Positions 1-13,974 of a stretch of DNA of 64,000 nt are shown one piece after another. The notes beneath the pieces were generated by a model. That model searched no databases, was not told the DNA's origin, and saw only the letters and a list, made by a program, of their open reading frames with translations. A program made the translations under genes and the position numbers. Within the stretch, counting starts at the first letter, position 1. Every line of letters begins with the position of its first letter. Source of the DNA: Octopus vulgaris (taxonomy: Eukaryota); assembly GCA_951406725.2 (NCBI GenBank), contig OX597814.1, forward strand, positions 187,674,001 through 187,738,000, written 5' to 3'.

Positions 1-671
1 TAGACTACAACATATACACAACTAAAATAGGTGTATGTATCCACAGAAACACTCACAAAATGACTTTCAGCTTTTTTCCGATTTTTTTCTCGGAAACAGA
101 TGTTTTATAGTTGAATAGCTTGCATAACACCGACCACTTTACCATAAAATGCAAAAGTGTATATTTATTGATTAACAGCACTAAAGAGGTTGTCCACTTT
201 GACTCGGAACTTTCTATAACCATTACTACAAAGGTCAGATTTCATAATAACTATTTATAGATGGGTTGACTTTATTCCAGATTAAGCAGGCTCATTTGTT
301 TCCAACACACACACACACACAATGTCACAGAAGACAGGGAAAGCTTTTGGTATATTTATGCATGTGCACACTGTTGTGCATACACACAGGCAGAAAGCAA
401 CGAGTGAAAATAGGAGGTCAATAGATGTCAACAAACAAAAACAATAATGAGTTCTACCTGTGGCTCAGGGAAGGGATGTAATCAACCAAATAAATTCTAC
501 CGTATTACTGGTACTTAATTCACTGAATTTGGAGTAAGGCTGAAAGATACTCTAACCTGATACAAGTTTAACTCTAAAGATGAAACTAAATTCTACAAGG
601 TATTTAAGTTCATCAATCCACTTTTTCTGCCAATCTACCAGGCCTAATAAAAATATGATAATAATAATAAT

Positions 672-825
672 AATTAATTCTTTTATTGGCCACAAGGGCT
701 GACAAAAATTAATTATAACAAAAAAGGGACAAAACAGGACGAAAGGTTACAAAGGGTTTTGTCCATTTGTAAAAAACCGTGTAAAAACAGTGTAAAAATC
801 AAAATTGGGTAAAATATACGAAGTC
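672..825 (-). mobile_element. 3' end fragment of a non-LTR retrotransposon (possibly L1/Tx1-like)
   Basis: Minus strand ends ...CAGCCCTTGTGGCCAATAAAAGAA next to a (TAA)n tract; the same terminal motif forms the tail of the SINE at 39350-39582. Clade is inference. Confidence 0.35.
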
Positions 826-1323
826 CAGTATATCCATCATGACTACCCATCTAATAAGGGTACACCAGGCACATGCATCACAACCATATGTGTGCAACAT
901 GGTGATCTCATATCAAGATTAACAGCACATGACTTTGCAGATGGGGCCCAGTTAGAATTTTCTTCAGGTTGAGTAGCCCATCCCACTCAAAAGGTCACTG
1001 AATAAGGATAATTTAAGGATGTTGAACAAAACACCCATGTTCCCAGTGGTGAATTATCCATACCCCAAAGAATTCCTCTCAACACATAGCTATAATGCTC
1101 CCCCACTACTTCTGCTTGTAATCAGAGATGCACATATCATCAGCCACTAAAGGACATGCTCAAATGGTTACGGTCAAACAACTGACAAGCAAATCTGTGG
1201 TAGTGAGCAGAGTATTTGCTGTAGCCCATCTTTTATACCAAGACAAAACACTGTACATGATAACACTTCCAATCAGTTAAGATGAGAAGCCATGAAAGCC
1301 ACTGCCTAATACTGCATCAGGGC

Positions 1324-1354
<31 letters not shown>

Positions 1355-2027
1355 CCTCTATTGGCAAGAAGACCCTATACATTGGGGCTAGTATAGAAAT
1401 AGAATACAAAAGAGGAGTTTACATCAAGTGAAAAACAAATAAATGCTGATAATGAAATAACAATAAGGAAAAGCTTCTAATAGCCACCTTAGGCCAATCA
1501 GAAACCCCACAGATCTCACAATACCCTAACTACCAAGAGTAAATATCCTGCAATACCAAAATCATATATTTGTGGAAATGAAATTACATATGAATAGATT
1601 TTTTTTTAAACTTAACCAAGTATACAATAAAATAGTCTTGTAAGAGGAATAATTGTGCTTAGTTACAATTAATTTGTATTAATGGTATTATTGCTACACA
1701 AATTCATAAACGTAAAATGGTAATATTGTTATTAAACATATCAGAGATGTTAAGTGCATTTTTATTAACCATATCACAAATGCTAAAAATCAAATAATCA
1801 TATAATTTCTTGTGTGTGTGTATGTGAGAGAGAAGATTGCTTAAATAACATACACTTATAAATACTTCTGCATATGTATATTTAATTCTAATATTTATGT
1901 CAAATTATTAATGTAATATTGATATGTAACTACAATAATGTCTTTGAAAGTTTCTATCATCATTTTGCTATCTTAAGATTATCATATGCAACTGTTAGAT
2001 TAAACAAGTCTAAAGTGTCACATTTTC

Positions 2028-2061
<34 letters not shown>

Positions 2062-2163
2062 ACACGTTATTTACTAAATGATGTGGCAGTTAAAAATGTT
2101 TTTTTTAAATTTGTCCCTTGGTATACTGATAACTCCAAATGTAATGGAAACCTTGCTCTAAAG

Positions 2164-2415
2164 CAGTGGTTCACAACTAGGACCAACTGACCCTGATGGG
2201 TCTATATAAGATTTTGTTGTTTAAATTTATGTACAATAAATTGGTTATACTTCAACAATACACAAAATATTTTAATTTTTTAATACAATTCCTAATAATA
2301 TCTAATTATAAAAACAGGATTTTTTAAAACACTGAATGACTATGAGGGGCCACAAGAGTAAAATAGGAATCCAAAGGGTTCATAGATAAAAAAAAAAATG
2401 GTTGAGAATGGACTG
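2164..2415. mobile_element. hAT (Charlie-like) MITE
   Basis: Imperfect TIRs CAGTGGTTCACAAC / GTTGAGAATGGACTG; 8-bp TSD CTCTAAAG (2156-2163) vs CTCTAAAA (2416-2423), fitting the NTCTARAN Charlie-type target. Confidence 0.8.
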
Positions 2416-2931
2416 CTCTAAAACAATTGTTCTTAAAAACTAAAATTTTAAAAGATCCAACATAAATGGAATCATTTATGTAGGTCTAAGATAACAAAGT
2501 ATGAAAACCAAAATTTGTTTAAGTGAAGAACAATTCTTCTGAATTTCCTTGTTTATTTTTATGGCCTTTCTTTCTAAATACATTTACTAATCAGAAAGAA
2601 TAGCAAAGGTTAAAAATTTTCAGCCAGTCCTTGGTGTACTTTCAGTACATATATGTAATGCTTTGATGACTTGCAAAATCTTGTTAGCATTCCTTTGTTG
2701 GTAGGATGTTATAACAAATATATAAATAAAGAAAGGAAAGGTAGTACAATCCCAGTCAAACTTGTTCTGTCATATTTTAAGTTGTAAAAAAAAATATGCT
2801 AGTTGAATCTTAGTTTAACTTATCACAGTTAAAGTAGTATGATAGATATAAGAAAGGTAATAAAATAGTAGAAAAAATTACCTCAGTTCAATACTGAAAC
2901 AAATGTGGTAATTTTGTTCTCCACAATTAAA

Positions 2932-2991
<60 letters not shown>

Positions 2992-3892
2992 CAAACTTTT
3001 TCTTTAACCAGAAACAAAATACACTGAGTATAAAATATTGATAATATAAGCACAAGGCCAGAAATTTTGAGGGAAGGTTAGAGTTAATATATACTCCAGT
3101 ATTTGACAAGTATTTTGAATTTAAATATTAATCATTTATTTACATGAAATATGAACGCAATGTAAACAACTCCAAAATAGCAAACAAAATGAAGTTAAAA
3201 ATAATTCAGATTATATTTTCTTTAAATATTATTAAATATTATAATAAAATGTAAATAACCAATAACTTTATCTTAGGAAACAATAATAGAAATAATGAAA
3301 AAAAAATTTTGTAAACTTAAATTTATCTAAATTTGTTTTCACATTTTATGTTTCAATTAATTATTGTTAAAAACCTACTTCATGATTTTTGTGAAAAGAC
3401 TTTTTTTAAATGCTCGTCTTTAATTTTTGAATTTAAACATAAAAAAAACTAGAGGCTGTTTTAAAAATGGTGGCAAATCTGCAGTTGTTAGAATATCAAA
3501 TAAAATGTCTTGCAGAATTTACTCTGGTTTTTTAAGTTCTGAGTTCAAATCATACCAAGATCAGCTTTAGGTTTTTCATTCCAGGGTTGATAAAATGAAA
3601 TTATAAGTCTAGAACAGTAGAATAGTGGAATCATTACACATCAGGCAAGACACCTGGCAATATTTTTTCTGGCTCTTTGCATTCTAAGTTCAAATCCAGT
3701 CATGGCCCACTTGGGTGGCAGATTCAGTCCATCACCTCACTTAACATCACTACCTGGCAAGCATTCTGGTCAGATCTCCAGTTTGAGAATTCTTCCTTCT
3801 CTCTCTCCTGTTAGTCTCAGAGGCTCATTAAAGAACTGTGGACACTACCCTTCTTCCTGACTAATCAATTAAAAAAAACACAGGCTATATAT

Positions 3893-4229
3893 ATCATCGT
3901 TTAACGTCCGTTCTCCATGCTAGCATGGGTTGGACGGTTCAACCGGGAATCTGGGAAGCCAGAAGGCTGCACCAGGCTCCGGTCTTATCTGGCAATGTTT
4001 CTACAGCTGGATGCCCTTCCTAACGCCAACCACTCCGTGAGTGTAGTGGGTGCTTTTTACGTGCCACCTGCACTGGTGCCAGACGAGGCTGCATCGGCCA
4101 CGGTCGGATTGGTGCATTTTACGTGCCACCTGCACGGAAGCCAGTCGAGGCGGCACTGGCTTCGGCCACGATTGGGATGGTGCTTTTTACGTGCCACCGA
4201 CACGGAAGCCAGTCGAGGCGGTGCTGGCG
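3893..4229 (-). mobile_element. (GAT)n-tailed RTE-like SINE, 5'-truncated, three internal ~60-bp units
   Basis: Plus strand CATCGTTTAACGTCCGTTCTCCATGCTAGCATGGGTTGGACGG...CTACAGCTGGATGCCCTTCCTAACGCCAACC, repeated at 40613, 42266, 59009 and inverted at 59501, 62725; unit GGTGCTTTTTACGTGCCACC occurs three times. Confidence 0.85.
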
Positions 4230-4393
4230 TTTTATTTTTTCCTTAAACTGTATAAACTAATTATAAAAAGAATAACTAGTTAGATAACAACTTTTATAAC
4301 AGTTTCTTTAATCTGGCAAATGTAGATAAATCCATATAATTCTTCATCATGAAAGCTGAGAGGCCATTACCATCAAAGAAGGGCGGGGTCCGA

Positions 4394-4587
4394 AGAGCGG
4401 GTGCTGAAAAGTTCTGGGCTTAGGGTAAAAGAAAATACAGGAGGATCAGATAATTATGATTTTATTCACACACTTATTGCAGCAGTTCTTCAGTTTTTCT
4501 CAGCCCTGTAAAAGAACTTGGAAGTTCGGCCTCCAACCAGGCCTTTCATAATACCCTCAAAGCCAGGAACTTTTCATCACTCCCTCG
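4394..4587. mobile_element. Tc1/mariner-type MITE
   Basis: ~30-bp imperfect TIRs GAGCGGGTGCTGAAAAGTTCTGGGCTT / AAAGCCAGGAACTTTTCATCACTCCCTCG. Confidence 0.7.
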
Positions 4588-4837
4588 TGTGTATAAATAT
4601 ATATATATGCTTTTGCGTTTGTATTTATGTTTGCACCAGTTTAAAAAAATGGTGCTGTGTTTACATTCTCTTCCTCTATGTCTCATAACTTAGTAATTCA
4701 ATAACTAGTGGTTGATGAAATAAACACCAACCTGAAATAAGTACTGAAATTGATATGATCAACAAAATCCATGAAAGTAGTAGCCCAACATGGCCACAGT
4801 CCAGTGACTGAAACCAGTAAAAAAATTCAAGTGTGTG

Positions 4838-4884
<47 letters not shown>

Positions 4885-4896
4885 GTGTGTGTGTAT

Positions 4897-5087
4897 ATCA
4901 GTCGCCATGATAGATTGTTAGCCACTACACACATTTTTTTCTCTACTTGTTTTTTCTGTGTCCCTTTCCGTAGAAGAGCGTAGGCTCGAAACGTAAAAGA
5001 CTTTTTCTATTCCTGACTGTTACACTAATACATCTGTTTGTTTTGTACACCACCTGTCTTCGTCTTTTGTTTTTTTTCGTAAACTCT

Positions 5088-5092
<5 letters not shown>
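4897..5092 (+). mobile_element. Probable Penelope-like element terminal-repeat fragment with a minimal hammerhead-like motif
   Basis: Short block flanked by (TA)n/(TG)n tracts containing CTTT-CCGTAGA-A-GAGC-GTAG-GCTC-GAAACGTA-AAAG; minimal hammerheads are an established feature of PLE pseudo-LTRs. Confidence 0.5.
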
Positions 5093-5127
<35 letters not shown>

Positions 5128-5650
5128 TAACCAAAGCTATATCCATATACATTATTGATATGGTGAAAAGAGACTAAATTTATTTAAACCTACTAAACTC
5201 TAATTGCTATTGTTAGGCAGGAATCAAAAAGAAAAAGACATAACTTTAATTTACATTTAGATAAATACTATGCAAACTAATGCAATAATAGGATTGGAAA
5301 TCAGACTGTATCTTGCTTTCTTTATATATTTCTAGAACAAAAGATACAAATTTGGAAGCATAACATAATGAGGCAATATAGAAAGTAAGAATATGCAGCA
5401 TCTGTCATTAGTATATTACTAATTTCATGGCACATATTATTTATATTCAACTAGAACAGCTAATTGTTAATGAGCAGCACTCAATGCTGCCATCCACCTG
5501 ATAGAATTTAATCCAATAATTATCAAGTTGTATCAAACGCAATGAACATTATTCTCAAATATAGAATTTTATAAGATATATAACCACTCTAAGCATACCA
5601 AGATTAACTTTACCCAATGTAAAGGTAAAATGAGTGTACACATTCACTGT

Positions 5651-6155
5651 GAAGACACATGGCCTAGTGGTTAGGCTGTTGCACTCTGTTCAGAGCTGCA
5701 AATATTTCACTAACATTTGCATATTATTCTTGTGTAGTTGGACATTGTTGCAAAATTAACCATTTCTAGCATTTTTTGCATTTTCTCAAAATGACATTTC
5801 TGACTATGAGTAGCAATATTACGATATCTCCAAGAATAATCGATGTAATAGGCTGAAATTTTGCATGTGTATTACTTTGATACTTGCCTAGATGCTGTAC
5901 TAGTGTGATTAGATACAATTCATTAGTTCATCTTCAGAGACACTTGAATGCTACTACCCTCAATCCCTAGATCAGATGGTGCATTGTGCTCTTGAGCAAA
6001 ATACTTCATTTCACATTGTTCTGGTCTACTCAGCTGTTAATGAGTAACCCTGTAACAGACAGGTGTCCCATTCAAAGGGTATGTTGTGATCTCAGTGAAT
6101 TATACATCAAAGAAACCAGATAACCAGCTAACCCTATATGAGTCCTAAGACACAA
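5651..6155 (+). mobile_element. tRNA-headed SINE with V-domain-like body, interrupted by a ~260-bp insertion (~5688-5950)
   Basis: A-box TGGCCTAGTGG (5660-5670); body CTTGAGCAAAATACTT and AACCCTGTAACAGACAGGTGTCCCATTCAAAGGG resembles the V-SINE domain. Confidence 0.5.
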
Positions 6156-6649
6156 GACATACTTATTTACACACATTCAAAATAGCATTGTTATTAATGT
6201 ATTTCTTAACTTTCTTGTCTATAATTATATACAAGAACAATGCTATGAAAAGCAAGCTGATCATGGCTTTTAAAAAAAATTTCAATTAAAAAAAAATCAA
6301 TGCAGTCGTTCAGAATTTCTCCTTTCTGTAAATCAAATACTAAAATCAATTTTGCAAACATTTTGAAACTTTGAAAATATCCTAGAACCTATTGAATACA
6401 TTCTAGAACATATTAAATAATATATATTCTAAAAAAAAACGAGTTATTGAATCATGGGATATTTATAATGTCCTGAATTATATCTCTGATTCTGTGTATG
6501 TTTTGCGTGTGCCTGTGTGTGTGTGTGTGTGTGTGCGCGCGCGCGTGCAAATACACACAAACATGCACATACACTCTCCAATACCTCATTTTACATTTCC
6601 TCTATGAAGGAAACCTCATTATAATGAGGCTTAATATTGCAACAATTTA

Positions 6650-6865
6650 AGGCAGTGAGCTGGCAGAATCCTTAGCACACCAGGCAGAATGCTTAGCAGC
6701 ATTTCATCCATCATTATGCTCTGAGTTCAAATTCCACTGAGGTCAACTTCACCTTTCATCCTTTCAGGGTCAATAAAATAAGTATCAGTCAAACGCTGGA
6801 CTGATGTAATCAACTAGACCCCCATTCCCGAAATTGCTGACCTTGTGCCAAAATTTGAAACCAAT
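6650..6865 (+). mobile_element. tRNA-headed Meta-domain-like SINE
   Basis: GGCAGTGAGCTGGCAGAATC head, B-box-like GAGTTCAAATTCC, core CCTTTCATCCTTTCAGGGTCAATAAAATAAGTA; homologous copies at 32435 and 39350. Confidence 0.8.
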
Positions 6866-7113
6866 ATTACAGCGAAAATCACGATAATAAAAACCTCATT
6901 TTTACTCTAACAAATACAACTCCACTACTATGGTCTATGGACTAGGAAGTTACATTTTCAAGGGATATTTATCTAGATATAAATAATTTATCAAAGAATT
7001 CGGGCAAAATTGCTTTATGCAAACAATAAAAAATATAATGAAACTAAAATTTTTTAAATGCTGTGAAAAGGTTAAACATACATGTTAGGAAAAAATTGTG
7101 TTCAATTATAGTT

Positions 7114-7186
7114 ATGGTGGAATGGAGGATGGTGGAATGGTGGAATGGTGGAATGGTGGAATGATGGAATGGTGGAATGGAGGATA
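7114..7186. repeat. (GGTGGAAT)n minisatellite
   Basis: Direct 8-bp tandem units visible. Confidence 0.85.
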
Positions 7187-10169
7187 GCAGATGATACAAT
7201 CTCAGTTAGTAACAGCCTTGTACAAATGGCATAAAAACTGGAATTTGAATAAGTTAATGTAGTGATATTCAAAATTTATCGCATATAAATAATAGGACCT
7301 TCACCTCTGAAGACTTTAAAGAGTTAATAGAACCCTAAGTGTATAATTCAAATAGTAAAGAAGAGACTCCTCCAGGAGCAGTTTTAACAATAGAAATCTT
7401 TATAAAAGCCTCAGTGAAATAAGTCAGGCTTTTGAGAGACTTTCAAAACATTATACAAATTCTGAATGACAATTTTGAATGCAAGCTGTTTGAATGTCTT
7501 GCATATCAAATGGAGAATTAATACATCATTCAAAAAATAATACGTAACTAACAAGCTAAGAAATTCACTTGAAACTTCACAAAGGGCTGAAAGAGGTACC
7601 ATATTGAGCAAACTCTGAAAACTGCAAAGGGAGATGTAAAGAAGAAAAAAGAAATGGAAATAGATAAGACAGTGAACTCTTTTTTAAAATAAATGGTGGA
7701 CATTGCTTAATCCCAGCAAGCCCAAAGCCAGATGGTCAAAATAAGCAAAAGAGTAAAATTAATAACAAAACAGACACCCCTGGAAATAAAAGATCATGTA
7801 CCAAATAAAATTAGAAGCAGAGATGACTTGCATATGTTCAACACAGGAAAAAATTGGAAACTTCAAGAATTCTAACAAGCTGATAATGATATTTAGAATT
7901 TTTTTTTTTTTTTTTAATTCTTTACAGCATTGCTATTTGCTAAAAGGAGATATCTTCAGTCAAATAAAATATTAAAGGATTTCAATTTTTCTTTTCACTT
8001 TGCTTTTTGCTTTGTCTTTTTATTTTATCTTGTTTAAATCAAAGCCTTCTTCTGTGAATGAAAAATGTGACAAGTAACTATTTAAAGATAGAAGATGTTT
8101 CTATATTAATAGAATACAAAACAAAATAAATAAAAAGATTAAGTCCATACTAAACCATGAGATAAAAAAAAGAGAAAATTGCTTAAGCATAGTTATATCA
8201 TTCATGTGGTTTGTAATTATGTTAACAGCTAGGTTTGAATAAAGATTTCATCAATAGAGTTTCGTATCAATAAAAGCAGAAACAAAATTGTAACATTCAT
8301 CTTTTCTGGAGACATTAGCAATGTAGGGGATGTATGCTCACTTCTCCACTACTGTGAATTGGAGCTATGTTGTAAAAATCAACATTTTAGGAACTTCTTA
8401 ATAGCAGATTAAAATGAGACTGAAGGGACTTATTAGTGCAGAGCTTAAAAACTCAGGCATTTGTATACTGTAATAATACAAGAAAGAATAAAGAACTGAG
8501 TTTAATGTTGAATGTGAGGTTTGGGGGAAAATATATTAGAAACAGTAAAATAGAAAAAACTAAGAGAAATAACTACATTCAGAACTTTCATGTGAGGTTA
8601 GTCCTTTATAGAAGAGGCAGAAAGGACACAACATGATAATGGGACAAGGATTATTAATTAAAACTACAAACTTAGTGTTTGTTCAATTCCTACAGAAATC
8701 AACTTCAACATTTGTTTCTGAAAGAAACAAAATAAAAAAAAAAAAGCTAAACTATATTACAAATGTTAATGAGCTTATAGTATTTATTTCTTTTCACATT
8801 AAATCATAAATTTAGTTGTGGCCATTTACAAAGTAAATGAAACCTGTACATGCATGTACATTTGTGTATGCAGGAATACATACAAATGTTAGCTTGTAAT
8901 ACAGGAAACAGTGGAATAAAACTGGCATAAAAAAACTGAACCTTGAGTTGAGTGAGTTAATCAACATCAATACAGTCAAAATCAGGAATTCCAGCAGGTA
9001 AGTTACAAATAACCTTAAAGATTTTGCTTTCATTTTCATTTCCTTTTAGTTTTTTGAGAAGAGCTAAGAATAACTGTACACAAACAAAATTAATTTTTGT
9101 CATGAATTATATTTTACTTTCATTTAAACTATGTATCTTTGTATCCTTTTAAAATGTAAATTCGAAAGTAATTTTTAAAAGAATGTTGCAGTAGTTATTC
9201 AAGTGAAAAGTTAATGACATATTTTAATTGGTGTGAATTCAATTTGGAAATTTATTAATGTAAATACTAAAGTTAACAATTTCAGTATTACAATCTATGC
9301 TCATAATTCAAATCTTATGTATTTGTTTTGACAGAATTTGAATTATCCTAATATCCTAGATAATGTCCTGGTTATATTATAACAATGACCACATAGTGGA
9401 TAACTTTATACAGCTTTATGACTAGTTCTTAATACTTTCTGCCTACTACTTCATGATAAGTGGTGAGGGGCATCTAATTATACAAGCAATAACTATAGCA
9501 TTCATTATACAAATGTAGAAATTTGCAAAATCTATGGCACCCATAATGATATGGCAAAAATGAATTAAAAATAATTCTGAGAGAACTTGATTCATTTTCA
9601 GATTGGTTATACATTTTTATCATGTATCTCAGCTGTCTTATAAATGCCCTTTCAGAACAGAAGTAGCAGCAGATTCAAAGCTTATCAAATATTGAATATG
9701 AGAAAAGGGATCTGTAAACAAAAAATCTGACCTATCTGACTCATAACCATCCCAATTTTATCAACAATGAAAACATTTTTTTAATGCAAAAGAATTTTTT
9801 TTCTTTCTAAGATTCCTTCAATTCCAAAAATAAATGGCACTATTGAATAAATAATGAATGATGAAACCTTCCATTTCTGATAAGAAATTAAATATTAAGT
9901 TTCAAGAAATAAATATATTTTCCTTCCCATTTTTTCATGTTTTTTTCGTTTTAAACTGAACACTTTCCATAATAATTTTTCGTTTTTTTAATTTTCTAAT
10001 AAACAAGTCCTTATATACTTTCAATTTTGATTTCTGAGCATAAGAACAGAGACATGCACAAAATCCTTGAAACCATTCTCCAATGGGGTCATACCAATCT
10101 TGTCTCCTTAAATAACAAGAAAACATTTATTCACTTCACCCCTACACCCAACCTCTAAACAAGAACAAC

Positions 10170-10800
10170 TAGAAGCCTCTATTCAAATGCTAGGTCACAC
10201 CACTACTAAGGATCTCTACTAGTGAGCATATATCCTTGACATAGAAAAAACTGCATCTAAAAGCCTGACCTTCCTCTTCAAAGCTGCAAAATACTTCAAC
10301 CTACTAAGAGTTAAGGTGGCAACCACAATGAAGTACTGTTCCAACATCTAAGCTTGTACTGCAGCTACATACATAAACATCCTAAATCACATCCAAAGTA
10401 AGGCCACTCAACTGATTGGCATGAAGTCATTCATAAACAAGCTTCAGCCTTTAGCGGAGTCACAGGCAAACTACAGCCTGCAGTACTTTCTGAATGATAC
10501 ACCTAACAAAAAATTACCTTGAAATTTTTAAGCAGTGTGTCCTGCCCAAGATGAGCCATATCATGTGTGGCCTGATTCTTGTAAAAAGTTATCCATGTCT
10601 GCTCTAGCCCACATACTTGCTATCATTCTCACTGTCTTTTCTATAAGGGCTTTTGCTGATATCATATTGTCTCCACTAACACTTGTGACTTATACATTTG
10701 TCCTCTGAAATATTCATCACTGAACATGGTCTTTTGTTCATATAGTTTTCAACTTGCAACAGTGAAAGCAAAATATTAACAGTATCAACCTACTGGTATC
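10170..10800 (+). mobile_element. Decayed CR1/Zenon-like LINE ORF2 C-terminal region
   Basis: Manual translation gives IEKTASKSLTFLFKAAKYFN and MKYCSNI*ACTAATYINILNHIQSKATQLIG...LQPL, matching the post-RT pattern AKSASKKLGFLFRARKYF...MEYCSHIW...LDRIQ.KA.RLIG; stops and frameshifts present. Confidence 0.7.
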
Positions 10801-13196
10801 AGAAAAACAATTAAAGACTATAACCCTCTACCTCCAGACCAAACCAATAAAAAATAAAATTAACAATGAAACTGAACAAGTTTTCAAAGTAAATATACTT
10901 TTTCAACAGTCAACTTTTAGGATTAACAGGCTGGCTATATATATTCAACAGTAGAGATCCTTAGAGGATCTCTAAGGTGGTATGATCAAGCATTTGAAGT
11001 GAAGGATTTTAATTGTGTACTGTTCTTGTTTAGAGTTTGGGAATATGGGTAAGATGAATGTTTTCGTGTTGTTTAAGGAGGCAAGATTGGTATCAACTTT
11101 GTGCCCTCAAAATGAAATCAATGTTTCAATGAAAGAATCTCCCTTTATCTTTTTTTTTTTCTTTAAATAGTCATGAAAGACTATATAAAATTAAGCAATA
11201 TTTTTTTTTATCATTGTTAATGAAACTAATAAAAATAATGGGAAAACTAACAGATCTTGAAAGATACTGAGGAAATCAGACAGTACAAGGTTCTTCACTT
11301 CAGAAGCATGGTTCCGTTGCAAAATGACAAATATAAGAATTATTAAAATAAGTTTTCAAAATAGCAGGTAATCACAAACATGTCAAGAACAAACCATCTG
11401 CTACAAAGAGGACATTCAACATGGTATTGCTTAAATTTATTTTAACTTACGTTGTCTCAGAAAGTGCGATTAGGTCTGGTATGACAAGATACATCTATCA
11501 ACTAAAAATACTGATGATAAAATGATATCCTGCATGGGCAGAACATCAGAAATTTATAGACAAAGGAGGTTAAATATTATCTACATAACTTTCCTAAAAG
11601 GATCATCAGTTTAAGTGGTTCCAAGTAGGAAGTGAAATTAGGTCAGGTGCATTTCACCAAAATGACATCAGTGTGTTTTTGCAAATATAATTAAAATACC
11701 AAAATAATGACAACAACAATGGCGATGACAATATTAGTGATATTTTAATAAATTCATATCTAATAATGAAAGAACTTTCCTTGGTAAATAAAGTTCATAG
11801 ACAAAACTAATAATAAAACTCAACGAAGAATAGGAAAAGCAAAATCAACAATGAATTTCAGCAAGATGCCAATCAAATCCTGAGACAAGGTAGACACACA
11901 GACCTATTAAAGACAGTATATGTAATTACAAAGGCAACAGAAAGGATAAAGAGAAAGGGAGAGAGAGAGAGAGAGAGAGAGGGTGTATAATGTTTGTAAT
12001 AAAAGCAAAAACAAAAGAAAAACAGAATGAAGACTCGATACAAGTGATTGCCAGGACAGCAAATGAAATATATAAATGTATAAATAGATGTGAAGGTCAT
12101 AAAAGAAATTGCAATCTTGAATGTTTTAAGAGTAGCTACAAACTACTAGCTAGTGAAAGTCAAGGAATTACAAATTACACTTGAAATGGTCAGATAAACT
12201 ATGGCACAGAAAAATAGTATTAGAAAAAGAATATTTACAGTTAAAAAAAGCTAAAGAACAAGTTTTTGTTTATTCACAATGAAGGTGATTGCAAAGATAA
12301 AATTAAATTTTCCAAAGCTTTTAAGTGGCTTAAAATCAAACATACACAAATTCGTGCAATTCTGAACTGGCATATGGATGGAAAGAATTGTAAATAGATA
12401 AAGAGATGAAGAATTTGAAATAATCTGAAAAAGTAGAAAAATTGGCAGATACATAAGATGCCTTATAGATCCATGGTATCTAAAATTTATTAGTGGAAGA
12501 GGTTAGTTGAGCTCAACCCATAAAAATCAATAATACACACAATGCAGGAATAGTTTCTTAATCAACATATTCAAAAGTAGATAGAACTTCATCAAATCAT
12601 CCAGCTTCTTAAGTTCCTAGCTTGAATGAAATGAAAACTATAGGCTAATCATTTGCCTGAAGACTTCATAGATTTCCTCAGGAATGTTGATCAACTATAT
12701 AGCTGATCACAAATGAGATAAGTAATAGAAATTAGATGGATCCATGTCAGGCAATAGTAGGCACAATAGACAAATTATTAATAAAATCAAAAATTCAGGA
12801 GCCACCATTGAAATCAGGCTGATATTCCCATGAATGGAACAGTTTATCATGACTAGATAATGTGCATATATTAATAGTTTTGCATACAAGAGAGAGAGTG
12901 TGTGTGTATGTTTGTTCGTTTTATCAGATAAAGGACATGATACATAGAATAGTGGACTAAACAGTAAATGGATACTAAAGGGAAAGAACAGTTCAGCTAT
13001 TGAACTCTAATCCAATCTCAAGAAAACTTCTACAATAAATAACTTTCTAGCTGGAGTGCAATAGAATGAGATATTAATTATAATACTACCTGAAGTGATA
13101 GGTCATTTCAGAAGAGGAATCTTTCATTATAGAAGTACATCAGGCAGACTTTGAAAAAAAAACAGTAAAAAGGGGCATTGAAAAATTAAGGCTTAA

Positions 13197-13418
13197 CCCT
13201 TTAGTGTTCGCATTATTCTACCAAAATGAATGTGCTTTTATCCACATTGTTTTGAACTAATCATGCATTAATCTTGTAGCTATGAGATTTTGATGAGGTA
13301 GCTGTTAATTTTTAAAACAATATTGTAGGGTTGATGTGAAAGACCAGATCTGGCCAGTTTGAACATAAAACAGGCAGAATACTTCTGGCCGGATATGGCC
13401 GGTTTAAATGCTAAAGGG
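13197..13418. mobile_element. piggyBac-type MITE, copy 1
   Basis: TTAA|CCCTTTAG...CTAAAGGG|TTAA. Confidence 0.9.
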
Positions 13419-13444
13419 TTAAGATGAAAACTTCTCAGATTGCC

Positions 13445-13664
13445 CCCTTTAGCATTCATATTTCACTGTCAGATGTAATGCTTTTTTATTCACATTGCCT
13501 CGAATAAATCATGAATTATCTTGTAGCTTCAAGATTTCACTGATGTGGTAATTTATTTTTATAATGACATTGTAGAGTAGGTGTGAAGGGCCAGATTTGG
13601 CCAGTTTGAACACAGAACAAGTAGAGTATTTTGGCCGAATACAGCTGGTTTAAATGCTAAAGGG
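13445..13664. mobile_element. piggyBac-type MITE, copy 2
   Basis: CCCTTTAGCATT...AATGCTAAAGGG|TTAT; internal sequence homologous to copy 1. Confidence 0.85.
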
Positions 13665-13974
13665 TTATGGTGATAACAGCACAGACGCCAAAAGCCATAT
13701 CTGAGTAATAACATTAATTTCAGGAAAATTCGTGACAAACTTGTCTCAATATTGAAGGAATGGAGCAAAGAGTAAAAACTGAAGTTCATCAAAGGTTAAC
13801 TGAATATAAAGTATTTGCTGAAAATAATTATGAAAAGAAATATGCTGAAGCTCCTAACAAACACTCAAATGTAGTGAGACACTAACAGCAGATGAGACAA
13901 AAAACGATTAGTAGAAAATATATTGTGTTTGAGGTTCATGTGTGAAGCAGAAAATGTTAGAAGGTTACATTTAA

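Noticed and set aside
3917-4283. ORFs with LQLDALPNANH...VVGAFY (also 40567, 41955, 58984, 59500-60081)
   Set aside because: Recurrent translation of the (GAT)n-tailed SINE, not a gene family.
7411-7621. 66-aa minus ORF behind a good pyrimidine tract and tttgcag
   Set aside because: No recognisable protein and no donor before the stop; region may be a decayed A-rich element. Cannot be fully excluded as a terminal exon.
8905-8997. 93-nt open plus-strand segment ending CAG|gtaagt
   Set aside because: Weak acceptor, opposite strand to the other exon candidates, no partner exons or recognisable peptide.
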